Source: the human T2T-CHM13v2.0 reference genome, Homo sapiens. Taken from it: DNA of 64,000 nt. The stretch is from the NCBI RefSeq assembly GCF_009914755.1, contig NC_060938.1; one strand, given 5' to 3'. This document shows positions 28,101-43,100 of the stretch, piece after piece. The position numbers and the translations under genes are program-made. The notes under the pieces are model-generated. The model searched no databases. It was not told the origin of the DNA and saw nothing but the letters and a program-made list of their open reading frames with translations. How positions within the stretch are numbered: the stretch's first letter is position 1; every line of letters begins with the position of its first letter.

Positions 28101-31100
28101 CAAAACTGCTCTGTCAAAAGGAAGGTTCTTCTCTGTTAGGTGAGTGCATACGTCATAAAGGAGTTTCTGAGAATGTTTCTGTCTAGTGGTTATGGGAAGA
28201 TATTTGCTTTTTCACCGTAGGCCTCAGAGCGCTCCAAATATCCACTTGCACATACTACAAAAAGAGTGCTTCAAAGCTGCTCTCTGAAACGGAATGTTCA
28301 ACTCTATGAGTTGAATGCAAACATCACAAAGACGTTTCTGAGAATGCTTCTGTCTAGATTTGATATGAAGATATTCCCGTTTCCAACGAAATCTTCAAAT
28401 CTATCCAAATGTCCACTTGCAGATTCAACAAAAAGTGTTTTTCAGAACTGCTCTATCAAAAGAAAGATCCACCTCTGTTAGCTGAGTTCACACATCACAA
28501 ACAAGTTTATGAGAATGCTTCTGTCTAGTTTTTATTTGAAGATATTTCCTTTCTCACCATAGAGCTGAAAGCTGTCCTAATGTTCACTTCCAGATACTAC
28601 AGAAAGAGTGTTTCAAAACTGCTGTACGAAAGGGAATGTTCAACTCTGTGACTTGAATGCACACATCACAAAGAAGTTTCTGAGGATGCTGCTGTCTACT
28701 TTTTATACGTAATCCCGTTTCCAACGAAATCCTCCAAGCTATCCAAATATCCACTTGCAGATTCCACAGAAAGACTGTTTCAAAACTGCTCTGTCAATAG
28801 AAAGGTTCAACTCTGTTAGCTGCGTGCATATATCCCAAAGAAGATTGTGAGATTGCTTCTGTCTAGTTTTTATGGGAAGATATTTCCCTTCTCACCGTAG
28901 GCGTCAAGGCGCTCCAAATGTCCACTTCCAGATACTACAAAAAGAGTGTTTCAAACCTACTCTGTGAAAGGGAATATTCAACTCTGTGACTTGAATGCAC
29001 ATATCACAAGGAAGTTTCTGAGAATGCTTCTGTCGAGATTTTATATGAAGATATTCCCGTTTCCAACGAAATCCTGAAATGTATCCAAATATCCCCTTGC
29101 AGATTCTACAAAAAGAGTGTTTCAAAACTGCTCTGTAAAAAGAAAGGTTCAACTCTGTTAGTTGAGTACACACATCACAAACAAGTTTCACACAATGCTT
29201 CTTTCTAGCTTGTAGGGGAAGATATTCCCTTTATCACCATGGGCCTCAAACCGTCCGATAAGTCCACTTCCATATACTACAAAAAGAGCGTTTCAAACCT
29301 GCTCTATGAAAGGCAATGTTCAACTCTGTGACTTGAATGCAGACATCACAGAGCAGTTTCTGAGAATGCTTCTGTCTAGATTTTATAGGAAGATATTCCC
29401 GTTTCCAACGAAATCTTCACAGCTATCCAAATATCCACTTGCAGATTCTACAAAAAGAGTGTATCAAAACTGCTCTGTCAAAAGGAAGGTTCTTCTCTGT
29501 TAGGTGAGTGCATACGTCATAAAGGAGTTTCTGAGAATGTTTCTGTCTAGTGGTTATGGGAAGATATTTGCTTTTTCACCGTAGGCCTCAGAGCGCTCCA
29601 AATATCCACTTGCACATACTACAAAAAGAGTGCCTCAAAGCTGCTCTCTGAAACGGAATGTTCAACTCTATGAGTTGAATGCAAACATCGCAAAGACGTT
29701 TCTGAGAATGCTTCTGTCTAGATTTGATATGAAGATATTCCCGTTTCCAACGAAATCTTCAAATCTATCCAAATGTCCACTTGCAGATTCAACAAAAAGT
29801 GTTTTTCAGAACTGCTCTATCAAAAGAAAGATCCACCTCTGTTAGCTGAGTTCACACATCACAAACAAGTTTATGAGAATGCTTCTGTCTAGTTTTTATT
29901 TGAAGATATTTCCTTTCTCACCATAGAGCTGAAAGCTGTCCTAATGTTCACTTCCAGATACTACAGAAAGAGTGTTTCAAAACTGCTGTACGAAAGGGAA
30001 TGTTCAACTATGTGACTTGAATGCACACATCACAAAGAAGTTTCTGAGGATGCTGCTGTCTACTTTTTATACGTAATCCCGTTTCCAACGAAATCGTCCA
30101 AGCTATCCAAATATCCACTTGCAGATTCCACAGAAAGACTGTTTCAAAACTGCTCTGTCAATAGAAAGGTTCAACTCTGTTAGCTGCGTGCATATATCCC
30201 AAAGAAGATTCTGAGATTGCTTCTGTCTAGTTTTTATGGGAAGATATTTCCCTTTTCACCGTAGGCGTCAAGGCGCTCCAAATGTCCACTTCCAGATACT
30301 ACAAAAAGAGTGTTTCAAACCTACTCTGTGAAAGGGAATATTCAACTCTGTGACTTGAATGCACATATCACAAAGAAGTTTCTGAGAATGCTTCTGTCGA
30401 GATTTTATATGAAGATATTCCCGTTTCCAACGAAATGCTGAAATCTATCCAAATATCCCCTCGCAGATTCTACAAAAAGAGTGTTTCAAAACTGCTCTGT
30501 GAAAAGAAAGGTTCAACTCTGTTAGTTGAGTACACACATCACAAACAAGTTTCACAGAATGCTTCTTTCTAGCTTGTAGGGGAAGATATTCCCTTTATCA
30601 CCATGGGCCTCCAACCGTCCGAAACATCCACTTCCATATACTACAAAAAGAGCGTTTCAAACCTGCTCTATGAAAGGCAATGTTCAACTCTGTGACTTGA
30701 ATGCAGACATCACAGAGCAGTTTCTGAGAATGCTTCTGTCTAGATTTTATAGGAAGATATTCCCGTTTCCAACGAAATCTTCACAGCTATCCAAATATCC
30801 ACTTGCAGATTCTACAAAAAGAGTGTATCAAAACTGCTCTGTCAAAAGGAAGGTTCTTCTCTGTTAGGTGAGTGCATACGTCATAAAGGAGTTTCTGAGA
30901 ATGTTTCTGTCTAGTGGTTATGGGAAGATATTTGCTTTTTCACCGTAGGCCTCAGAGCGCTCCAAATATCCACTTGCACATACTACAAAAAGAGTGCTTC
31001 AAAGCTGCTCTCTGAAACGGAATGTTCAACTCTATGAGTTGAATGCAAACATCACAAAGACGTTTCTGAGAATGCTTCTGTCTAGATTTGATATGAAGAT

Positions 31101-34100
31101 ATTCCCGTTTCCAACGAAATCTTCAAATCTATCCAAATGTCCACTTGCAGATTCAACAAAAAGTGTTTTTCAGAACTGCTCTATCAAAAGAAAGATCCAC
31201 CTCTGTTAGCTGAGTTCACACATCACAAACAAGTTTATGAGAATGCTTCTGTCTAGTTTTTATTTGAAGATATTTCCTTTCTCACCATAGAGCTGAAAGC
31301 TGTCCTAATGTTCACTTCCAGATACTACAGAAAGAGTGTTTCAAAACTGCTGTACGAAAGGGAATGTTCAACTATGTGACTTGAATGCACACATCACAAA
31401 GAAGTTTCTGAGGATGCTGCTGTCTACTTTTTATACGTAATCCCGTTTCCAACGAAATCGTCCAAGCTATCCAAATATCCACTTGCAGATTCCACAGAAA
31501 GACTGTTTCAAAACTGCTCTGTCAATAGAAAGGTTCAACTCTGTTAGCTGCGTGCATATATCCCAAAGAAGATTCTGAGATTGCTTCTGTCTAGTTTTTA
31601 TGGGAAGATATTTCCCTTTTCACCGTAGGCGTCAAGGCGCTCCAAATGTCCACTTCCAGATACTACAAAAAGAGTGTTTCAAACCTACTCTGTGAAAGGG
31701 AATATTCAACTCTGTGACTTGAATGCACATATCACAAAGAAGTTTCTGAGAATGCTTCTGTCGAGATTTTATATGAAGATATTCCCGTTTCCAACGAAAT
31801 GCTGAAATCTATCCAAATATCCCCTCGCAGATTCTACAAAAAGAGTGTTTCAAAACTGCTCTGTGAAAAGAAAGGTTCAACTCTGTTAGTTGAGTACACA
31901 CATCACAAACAAGTTTCACAGAATGCTTCTTTCTAGCTTGTAGGGGAAGATATTCCCTTTATCACCATGGGCCTCCAACCGTCCGAAACATCCACTTCCA
32001 TATACTACAAAAAGAGCGTTTCAAACCTGCTCTATGAAAGGCAATGTTCAACTCTGTGACTTGAATGCAGACATCACAGAGCAGTTTCTGAGAATGCTTC
32101 TGTCTAGATTTTATAGGAAGATATTCCCGTTTCCAACGAAATCTTCACAGCTATCCAAATATCCACTTGCAGATTCTACAAAAAGAGTGTATCAAAACTG
32201 CTCTGTCAAAAGGAAGGTTCTTCTCTGTTAGGTGAGTGCATACGTCATAAAGGAGTTTCTGAGAATGTTTCTGTCTAGTGGTTATGGGAAGATATTTGCT
32301 TTTTCACCGTAGGCCTCAGAGCGCTCCAAATATCCACTTGCACATACTACAAAAAGAGTGCTTCAAAGCTGCTCTCTGAAACGGAATGTTCAACTCTATG
32401 AGTTGAATGCAAACATCACAAAGACGTTTCTGAGAATGCTTCTGTCTAGATTTGATATGAAGATATTCCCGTTTCCAACGAAATCTTCAAATCTATCCAA
32501 ATGTCCACTTGCAGATTCAACAAAAAGTGTTTTTCAGAACTGCTCTATCAAAAGAAAGATCCACCTCTGTTAGCTGAGTTCACACATCACAAACAAGTTT
32601 ATGAGAATGCTTCTGTCTAGTTTTTATTTGAAGATATTTCCTTTCTCACCATAGAGCTGAAAGCTGTCCTAATGTTCACTTCCAGATACTACAGAAAGAG
32701 TGTTTCAAAACTGCTGTACGAAAGGGAATGTTCAACTCTGTGACTTGAATGCACACATCACAAAGAAGTTTCTGAGGATGCTGCTGTCTACTTTTTATAC
32801 GTAATCCCGTTTCCAACGAAATCCTCCAAGCTATCCAAATATCCACTTGCAGATTCCACAGAAAGACTGTTTCAAAACTGCTCTGTCAATAGAAAGGTTC
32901 AACTCTGTTAGCTGCATGCATATATCCCAAAGAAGATTCTGAGATTGCTTCTGTCTAGTTTTTATGGGAAGATATTTCCCTTTTCACCGTAGGCGTCAAG
33001 GCGCTCCAAATGTCCACTTCCAGATACTACAAAAAGAGTGTTTCAAACCTACTCTGTGAAAGGGAATATTCAACTCTGTGACTTGAATGCACATATCACA
33101 AAGAAGTTTCTGAGAATGCTTCTGTCGAGATTTTATATGAAGATATTCCCGTTTCCAACGAAATGCTGAAATCTATCCAAATATCCCCTCGCAGATTCTA
33201 CAAAAAGAGTGTTTCAAAACTGCTCTGTGAAAAGAAAGGTTCAACTCTGTTAGTTGAGTACACACATCACAAACAAGTTTCACAGAATGCTTCTTTCTAG
33301 CTTGTAGGGGAAGATATTCCCTTTATCACCATGGGCCTCCAACCGTCCGAAACATCCACTTCCATATACTACAAAAAGAGCGTTTCAAACCTGCTCTATG
33401 AAAGGCAATGTTCAACTCTGTGACTTGAATGCAGACATCACAGAGCAGTTTCTGAGAATGCTTCTGTCTAGATTTTATAGGAAGATATTCCCGTTTCCAA
33501 CGAAATCTTCACAGCTATCCAAATATCCACTTGCAGATTCTACAAAAAGAGTGTATCAAAACTGCTCTGTCAAAAGGAAGGTTCTTCTCTGTTAGGTGAG
33601 TGCATACGTCATAAAGGAGTTTCTGAGAATGTTTCTGTCTAGTGGTTATGGGAAGATATTTGCTTTTTCACCGTAGGCCTCAGAGCGCTCCAAATATCCA
33701 CTTGCACATACTACAAAAAGAGTGCTTCAAAGCTGCTCTCTGAAACGGAATGTTCAACTCTATGAGTTGAATGCAAACATCACAAAGACGTTTCTGAGAA
33801 TGCTTCTGTCTAGATTTGATATGAAGATATTCCCGTTTCCAACGAAATCTTCAAATCTATCCAAATGTCCACTTGCAGATTCAACAAAAAGTGTTTTTCA
33901 GAACTGCTCTATCAAAAGAAAGATCCACCTCTGTTAGCTGAGTTCACACATCACAAACAAGTTTATGAGAATGCTTCTGTCTAGTTTTTATTTGAAGATA
34001 TTTCCTTTCTCACCATAGAGCTGAAAGCTGTCCTAATGTTCACTTCCAGATACTACAGAAAGAGTGTTTCAAAACTGCTGTACGAAAGGGAATGTTCAAC

Positions 34101-37100
34101 TCTGTGACTTGAATGCACACATCACAAAGAAGTTTCTGAGGATGCTGCTGTCTACTTTTTATACGTAATCCCGTTTCCAACGAAATCCTCCAAGCTATCC
34201 AAATATCCACTTGCAGATTCCACAGAAAGACTGTTTCAAAACTGCTCTGTCAATAGAAAGGTTCAACTCTGTTAGCTGCATGCATATATCCCAAAGAAGA
34301 TTCTGAGATTGCTTCTGTCTAGTTTTTATGGGAAGATATTTCCCTTTTCACCGTAGGCGTCAAGGCGCTCCAAATGTCCACTTCCAGATACTACAAAAAG
34401 AGTGTTTCAAACCTACTCTGTGAAAGGGAATATTCAACTCTGTGACTTGAATGCACATATCACAAGGAAGTTTCTGAGAATGCTTCTGTCGAGATTTTAT
34501 ATGAAGATATTCCCGTTTCCAACGAAATCCTGAAATGTATCCAAATATCCCCTTGCAGATTCTACAAAAAGAGTGTTTCAAAACTGCTCTGTAAAAAGAA
34601 AGGTTCAACTCTGTTAGTTGAGAACACACATCACAAACAAGTTTCACACAATGCTTCTTTCTAGCTTGTAGGGGAAGATATTCCCTTTATCACCATGGGC
34701 CTCAAACCGTCCGAAAAGTCCACTTCCATATACTACAAAAAGAGCGTTTCAAACCTGCTCTATGAAAGGCAATGTTCAACTCTGTGACTTGAATGCAGAC
34801 ATCACAGAGCAGTTTCTGAGAATGCTTCTGTCTAGATTTTATAGGAAGATATTCCCGTTTCCAACGAAATCTTCACAGCTATCCAAATATCCACTTGCAG
34901 ATTCTACAAAAAGAGTGTATCAAAACTGCTCTGTCAAAAGGAAGGTTCTTCTCTGTTAGGTGAGTGCATACGTCATAAAGGAGTTTCTGAGAATGTTTCT
35001 GTCTAGTGGTTATGGGAAGATATTTGCTTTTTCACCGTAGGCCTCAGAGCGCTCCAAATATCCACTTGCACATACTACAAAAAGAGTGCCTCAAAGCTGC
35101 TCTCTGAAACGGAATGTTCAACTCTATGAGTTGAATGCAAGCATCGCAAAGACGTTTCTGAGAATGCTTCTGTCTAGATTTGATATGAAGATATTCCCGT
35201 TTCCAACGAAATCTTCAAATCTATCCAAATGTCCACTTGCAGATTCAACAAAAAGTGTTTTTCAGAACTGCTCTATCAAAAGAAAGATCCACCTCTGTTA
35301 GCTGAGTTCACACATCACAAACAAGTTTATGAGAATGCTTCTGTCTAGTTTTTATTTGAAGATATTTCCTTTCTCACCATAGAGCTGAAAGCTGTCCTAA
35401 TGTTCACTTCCAGATACTACAGAAAGAGTGTTTCAAAACTGCTGTACGAAAGGGAATGTTCAACTATGTGACTTGAATGCACACATCACAAAGAAGTTTC
35501 TGAGGATGCTGCTGTCTACTTTTTATACGTAATCCCGTTTCCAACGAAATCCTCCAAGCTATCCAAATATCCACTTGCAGATTCCACAGAAAGACTGTTT
35601 CAAAACTGCTCTGTCAATAGAAAGGTTCAACTCTGTTAGCTGCGTGCATATATCCCAAAGAAGATTCTGAGATTGCTTCTGTCTAGTTTTTATGGGAAGA
35701 TATTTCCCTTTTCACCGTAGGCGTCAAGGCGCTCCAAATGTCCACTTCCAGATACTACAAAAAGAGTGTTTCAAACCTACTCTGTGAAAGGGAATATTCA
35801 ACTCTGTGACTTGAATGCACATATCACAAAGAAGTTTCTGAGAATGCTTCTGTCGAGATTTTATATGAAGATATTCCCGTTTCCAACGAAATGCTGAAAT
35901 CTATCCAAATATCCCCTCGCAGATTCTACAAAAAGAGTGTTTCAAAACTGCTCTGTGAAAAGAAAGGTTCAACTCTGTTAGTTGAGTACACACATCACAA
36001 ACAAGTTTCACAGAATGCTTCTTTCTAGCTTGTAGGGGAAGATATTCCCTTTATCACCATGGGCCTCCAACCGTCCGAAACATCCACTTCCATATACTAC
36101 AAAAAGAGCGTTTCAAACCTGCTCTATGAAAGGCAATGTTCAACTCTGTGACTTGAATGCAGACATCACAGAGCAGTTTCTGAGAATGCTTCTGTCTAGA
36201 TTTTATAGGAAGATATTCCCGTTTCCAACGAAATCTTCACAGCTATCCAAATATCCACTTGCAGATTCTACAAAAAGAGTGTATCAAAACTGCTCTGTCA
36301 AAAGGAAGGTTCTTCTCTGTTAGGTGAGTGCATACGTCATAAAGGAGTTTCTGAGAATGTTTCTGTCTAGTGGTTATGGGAAGATATTTGCTTTTTCACC
36401 GTAGGCCTCAGAGCGCTCCAAATATCCACTTGCACATACTACAAAAAGAGTGCTTCAAAGCTGCTCTCTGAAACGGAATGTTCAACTCTATGAGTTGAAT
36501 GCAAACATCACAAAGACGTTTCTGAGAATGCTTCTGTCTAGATTTGATATGAAGATATTCCCGTTTCCAACGAAATCTTCAAATCTATCCAAATGTCCAC
36601 TTGCAGATTCAACAAAAAGTGTTTTTCAGAACTGCTCTATCAAAAGAAAGATCCACCTCTGTTAGCTGAGTTCACACATCACAAACAAGTTTATGAGAAT
36701 GCTTCTGTCTAGTTTTTATTTGAAGATATTTCCTTTCTCACCATAGAGCTGAAAGCTGTCCTAATGTTCACTTCCAGATACTACAGAAAGAGTGTTTCAA
36801 AACTGCTGTACGAAAGGGAATGTTCAACTCTGTGACTTGAATGCACACATCACAAAGAAGTTTCTGAGGATGCTGCTGTCTACTTTTTATACGTAATCCC
36901 GTTTCCAACGAAATCCTCCAAGCTATCCAAATATCCACTTGCAGATTCCACAGAAAGACTGTTTCAAAACTGCTCTGTCAATAGAAAGGTTCAACTCTGT
37001 TAGCTGCATGCATATATCCCAAAGAAGATTCTGAGATTGCTTCTGTCTAGTTTTTATGGGAAGATATTTCCCTTTTCACCGTAGGCGTCAAGGCGCTCCA

Positions 37101-40100
37101 AATGTCCACTTCCAGATACTACAAAAAGAGTGTTTCAAACCTACTCTGTGAAAGGGAATATTCAACTCTGTGACTTGAATGCACATATCACAAAGAAGTT
37201 TCTGAGAATGCTTCTGTCGAGATTTTATATGAAGATATTCCCGTTTCCAACGAAATGCTGAAATCTATCCAAATATCCCCTCGCAGATTCTACAAAAAGA
37301 GTGTTTCAAAACTGCTCTGTGAAAAGAAAGGTTCAACTCTGTTAGTTGAGTACACACATCACAAACAAGTTTCACAGAATGCTTCTTTCTAGCTTGTAGG
37401 GGAAGATATTCCCTTTATCACCATGGGCCTCCAACCGTCCGAAACATCCACTTCCATATACTACAAAAAGAGCGTTTCAAACCTGCTCTATGAAAGGCAA
37501 TGTTCAACTCTGTGACTTGAATGCAGACATCACAGAGCAGTTTCTGAGAATGCTTCTGTCTAGATTTTATAGGAAGATATTCCCGTTTCCAACGAAATCT
37601 TCACAGCTATCCAAATATCCACTTGCAGATTCTACAAAAAGAGTGTATCAAAACTGCTCTGTCAAAAGGAAGGTTCTTCTCTGTTAGGTGAGTGCATACG
37701 TCATAAAGGAGTTTCTGAGAATGTTTCTGTCTAGTGGTTATGGGAAGATATTTGCTTTTTCACCGTAGGCCTCAGAGCGCTCCAAATATCCACTTGCACA
37801 TACTACAAAAAGAGTGCTTCAAAGCTGCTCTCTGAAACGGAATGTTCAACTCTATGAGTTGAATGCAAACATCACAAAGACGTTTCTGAGAATGCTTCTG
37901 TCTAGATTTGATATGAAGATATTCCCGTTTCCAACGAAATCTTCAAATCTATCCAAATGTCCACTTGCAGATTCAACAAAAAGTGTTTTTCAGAACTGCT
38001 CTATCAAAAGAAAGATCCACCTCTGTTAGCTGAGTTCACACATCACAAACAAGTTTATGAGAATGCTTCTGTCTAGTTTTTATTTGAAGATATTTCCTTT
38101 CTCACCATAGAGCTGAAAGCTGTCCTAATGTTCACTTCCAGATACTACAGAAAGAGTGTTTCAAAACTGCTGTACGAAAGGGAATGTTCAACTCTGTGAC
38201 TTGAATGCACACATCACAAAGAAGTTTCTGAGGATGCTGCTGTCTACTTTTTATACGTAATCCCGTTTCCAACGAAATCCTCCAAGCTATCCAAATATCC
38301 ACTTGCAGATTCCACAGAAAGACTGTTTCAAAACTGCTCTGTCAATAGAAAGGTTCAACTCTGTTAGCTGCATGCATATATCCCAAAGAAGATTCTGAGA
38401 TTGCTTCTGTCTAGTTTTTATGGGAAGATATTTCCCTTTTCACCGTAGGCGTCAAGGCGCTCCAAATGTCCACTTCCAGATACTACAAAAAGAGTGTTTC
38501 AAACCTACTCTGTGAAAGGGAATATTCAACTCTGTGACTTGAATGCACATATCACAAGGAAGTTTCTGAGAATGCTTCTGTCGAGATTTTATATGAAGAT
38601 ATTCCCGTTTCCAACGAAATCCTGAAATGTATCCAAATATCCCCTTGCAGATTCTACAAAAAGAGTGTTTCAAAACTGCTCTGTAAAAAGAAAGGTTCAA
38701 CTCTGTTAGTTGAGTACACACATCACAAACAAGTTTCACACAATGCTTCTTTCTAGCTTGTAGGGGAAGATATTCCCTTTATCACCATGGGCCTCAAACC
38801 GTCCGATAAGTCCACTTCCATATACTACAAAAAGAGCGTTTCAAACCTGCTCTATGAAAGGCAATGTTCAACTCTGTGACTTGAATGCAGACATCACAGA
38901 GCAGTTTCTGAGAATGCTTCTGTCTAGATTTTATAGGAAGATATTCCCGTTTCCAACGAAATCTTCACAGCTATCCAAATATCCACTTGCAGATTCTACA
39001 AAAAGAGTGTATCAAAACTGCTCTGTCAAAAGGAAGGTTCTTCTCTGTTAGGTGAGTGCATACGTCATAAAGGAGTTTCTGAGAATGTTTCTGTCTAGTG
39101 GTTATGGGAAGATATTTGCTTTTTCACCGTAGGCCTCAGAGCGCTCCAAATATCCACTTGCACATACTACAAAAAGAGTGCCTCAAAGCTGCTCTCTGAA
39201 ACGGAATGTTCAACTCTATGAGTTGAATGCAAGCATCGCAAAGACGTTTCTGAGAATGCTTCTGTCTAGATTTGATATGAAGATATTCCCGTTTCCAACG
39301 AAATCTTCAAATCTATCCAAATGTCCACTTGCAGATTCAACAAAAAGTGTTTTTCAGAACTGCTCTATCAAAAGAAAGATCCACCTCTGTTAGCTGAGTT
39401 CACACATCACAAACAAGTTTATGAGAATGCTTCTGTCTAGTTTTTATTTGAAGATATTTCCTTTCTCACCATAGAGCTGAAAGCTGTCCTAATGTTCACT
39501 TCCAGATACTACAGAAAGAGTGTTTCAAAACTGCTGTACGAAAGGGAATGTTCAACTATGTGACTTGAATGCACACATCACAAAGAAGTTTCTGAGGATG
39601 CTGCTGTCTACTTTTTATACGTAATCCCGTTTCCAACGAAATCCTCCAAGCTATCCAAATATCCACTTGCAGATTCCACAGAAAGACTGTTTCAAAACTG
39701 CTCTGTCAATAGAAAGGTTCAACTCTGTTAGCTGCGTGCATATATCCCAAAGAAGATTCTGAGATTGCTTCTGTCTAGTTTTTATGGGAAGATATTTCCC
39801 TTTTCACCGTAGGCGTCAAGGCGCTCCAAATGTCCACTTCCAGATACTACAAAAAGAGTGTTTCAAACCTACTCTGTGAAAGGGAATATTCAACTCTGTG
39901 ACTTGAATGCACATATCACAAAGAAGTTTCTGAGAATGCTTCTGTCGAGATTTTATATGAAGATATTCCCGTTTCCAACGAAATGCTGAAATCTATCCAA
40001 ATATCCCCTCGCAGATTCTACAAAAAGAGTGTTTCAAAACTGCTCTGTGAAAAGAAAGGTTCAACTCTGTTAGTTGAGTACACACATCACAAACAAGTTT

Positions 40101-43100
40101 CACAGAATGCTTCTTTCTAGCTTGTAGGGGAAGATATTCCCTTTATCACCATGGGCCTCCAACCGTCCGAAACATCCACTTCCATATACTACAAAAAGAG
40201 CGTTTCAAACCTGCTCTATGAAAGGCAATGTTCAACTCTGTGACTTGAATGCAGACATCACAGAGCAGTTTCTGAGAATGCTTCTGTCTAGATTTTATAG
40301 GAAGATATTCCCGTTTCCAACGAAATCTTCACAGCTATCCAAATATCCACTTGCAGATTCTACAAAAAGAGTGTATCAAAACTGCTCTGTCAAAAGGAAG
40401 GTTCTTCTCTGTTAGGTGAGTGCATACGTCATAAAGGAGTTTCTGAGAATGTTTCTGTCTAGTGGTTATGGGAAGATATTTGCTTTTTCACCGTAGGCCT
40501 CAGAGCGCTCCAAATATCCACTTGCACATACTACAAAAAGAGTGCTTCAAAGCTGCTCTCTGAAACGGAATGTTCAACTCTATGAGTTGAATGCAAACAT
40601 CACAAAGACGTTTCTGAGAATGCTTCTGTCTAGATTTGATATGAAGATATTCCCGTTTCCAACGAAATCTTCAAATCTATCCAAATGTCCACTTGCAGAT
40701 TCAACAAAAAGTGTTTTTCAGAACTGCTCTATCAAAAGAAAGATCCACCTCTGTTAGCTGAGTTCACACATCACAAACAAGTTTATGAGAATGCTTCTGT
40801 CTAGTTTTTATTTGAAGATATTTCCTTTCTCACCATAGAGCTGAAAGCTGTCCTAATGTTCACTTCCAGATACTACAGAAAGAGTGTTTCAAAACTGCTG
40901 TACGAAAGGGAATGTTCAACTCTGTGACTTGAATGCACACATCACAAAGAAGTTTCTGAGGATGCTGCTGTCTACTTTTTATACGTAATCCCGTTTCCAA
41001 CGAAATCCTCCAAGCTATCCAAATATCCACTTGCAGATTCCACAGAAAGACTGTTTCAAAACTGCTCTGTCAATAGAAAGGTTCAACTCTGTTAGCTGCG
41101 TGCATATATCCCAAAGAAGATTCTGAGATTGCTTCTGTCTAGTTTTTATGGGAAGATATTTCCCTTTTCACCGTAGGCGTCAAGGCGCTCCAAATGTCCA
41201 CTTCCAGATACTACAAAAAGAGTGTTTCAAACCTACTCTGTGAAAGGGAATATTCAACTCTGTGACTTGAATGCACATATCACAAGGAAGTTTCTGAGAA
41301 TGCTTCTGTCGAGATTTTATATGAAGATATTCCCGTTTCCAACGAAATCCTGAAATGTATCCAAATATCCCCTTGCAGATTGTACAAAAAGAGTGTTTCA
41401 AAACTGCTCTGTAAAAAGAAAGGTTCAACTCTGTTAGTTGAGTACACACATCACAAACAAGTTTCACACAATGCTTCTTTCTAGCTTGTAGGGGAAGATA
41501 TTCCCTTTATCACCATGGGCCTCAAACCGTCCGATAAGTCCACTTCCATATACTACAAAAAGAGCGTTTCAAACCTGCTCTATGAAAGGCAATGTTCAAC
41601 TCTGTGACTTGAATGCAGACATCACAGAGCAGTTTCTGAGAATGCTTCTGTCTAGATTTTATAGGAAGATATTCCCGTTTCCAACGAAATCTTCACAGCT
41701 ATCCAAATATCCACTTGCAGATTCTACAAAAAGAGTGTATCAAAACTGCTCTGTCAAAAGGAAGGTTCTTCTCTGTTAGGTGAGTGCATACGTCATAAAG
41801 GAGTTTCTGAGAATGTTTCTGTCTAGTGGTTATGGGAAGATATTTGCTTTTTCACCGTAGGCCTCAGAGCGCTCCAAATATCCACTTGCACATACTACAA
41901 AAAGAGTGCCTCAAAGCTGCTCTCTGAAACGGAATGTTCAACTCTATGAGTTGAATGCAAACATCGCAAAGACGTTTCTGAGAATGCTTCTGTCTAGATT
42001 TGATATGAAGATATTCCCGTTTCCAACGAAATCTTCAAATCTATCCAAATGTCCACTTGCAGATTCAACAAAAAGTGTTTTTCAGAACTGCTCTATCAAA
42101 AGAAAGATCCACCTCTGTTAGCTGAGTTCACACATCACAAACAAGTTTATGAGAATGCTTCTGTCTAGTTTTTATTTGAAGATATTTCCTTTCTCACCAT
42201 AGAGCTGAAAGCTGTCCTAATGTTCACTTCCAGATACTACAGAAAGAGTGTTTCAAAACTGCTGTACGAAAGGGAATGTTCAACTATGTGACTTGAATGC
42301 ACACATCACAAAGAAGTTTCTGAGGATGCTGCTGTCTACTTTTTATACGTAATCCCGTTTCCAACGAAATCGTCCAAGCTATCCAAATATCCACTTGCAG
42401 ATTCCACAGAAAGACTGTTTCAAAACTGCTCTGTCAATAGAAAGGTTCAACTCTGTTAGCTGCGTGCATATATCCCAAAGAAGATTCTGAGATTGCTTCT
42501 GTCTAGTTTTTATGGGAAGATATTTCCCTTTTCACCGTAGGCGTCAAGGCGCTCCAAATGTCCACTTCCAGATACTACAAAAAGAGTGTTTCAAACCTAC
42601 TCTGTGAAAGGGAATATTCAACTCTGTGACTTGAATGCACATATCACAAAGAAGTTTCTGAGAATGCTTCTGTCGAGATTTTATATGAAGATATTCCCGT
42701 TTCCAACGAAATGCTGAAATCTATCCAAATATCCCCTCGCAGATTCTACAAAAAGAGTGTTTCAAAACTGCTCTGTGAAAAGAAAGGTTCAACTCTGTTA
42801 GTTGAGTACACACATCACAAACAAGTTTCACAGAATGCTTCTTTCTAGCTTGTAGGGGAAGATATTCCCTTTATCACCATGGGCCTCCAACCGTCCGAAA
42901 CATCCACTTCCATATACTACAAAAAGAGCGTTTCAAACCTGCTCTATGAAAGGCAATGTTCAACTCTGTGACTTGAATGCAGACATCACAGAGCAGTTTC
43001 TGAGAATGCTTCTGTCTAGATTTTATAGGAAGATATTCCCGTTTCCAACGAAATCTTCACAGCTATCCAAATATCCACTTGCAGATTCTACAAAAAGAGT

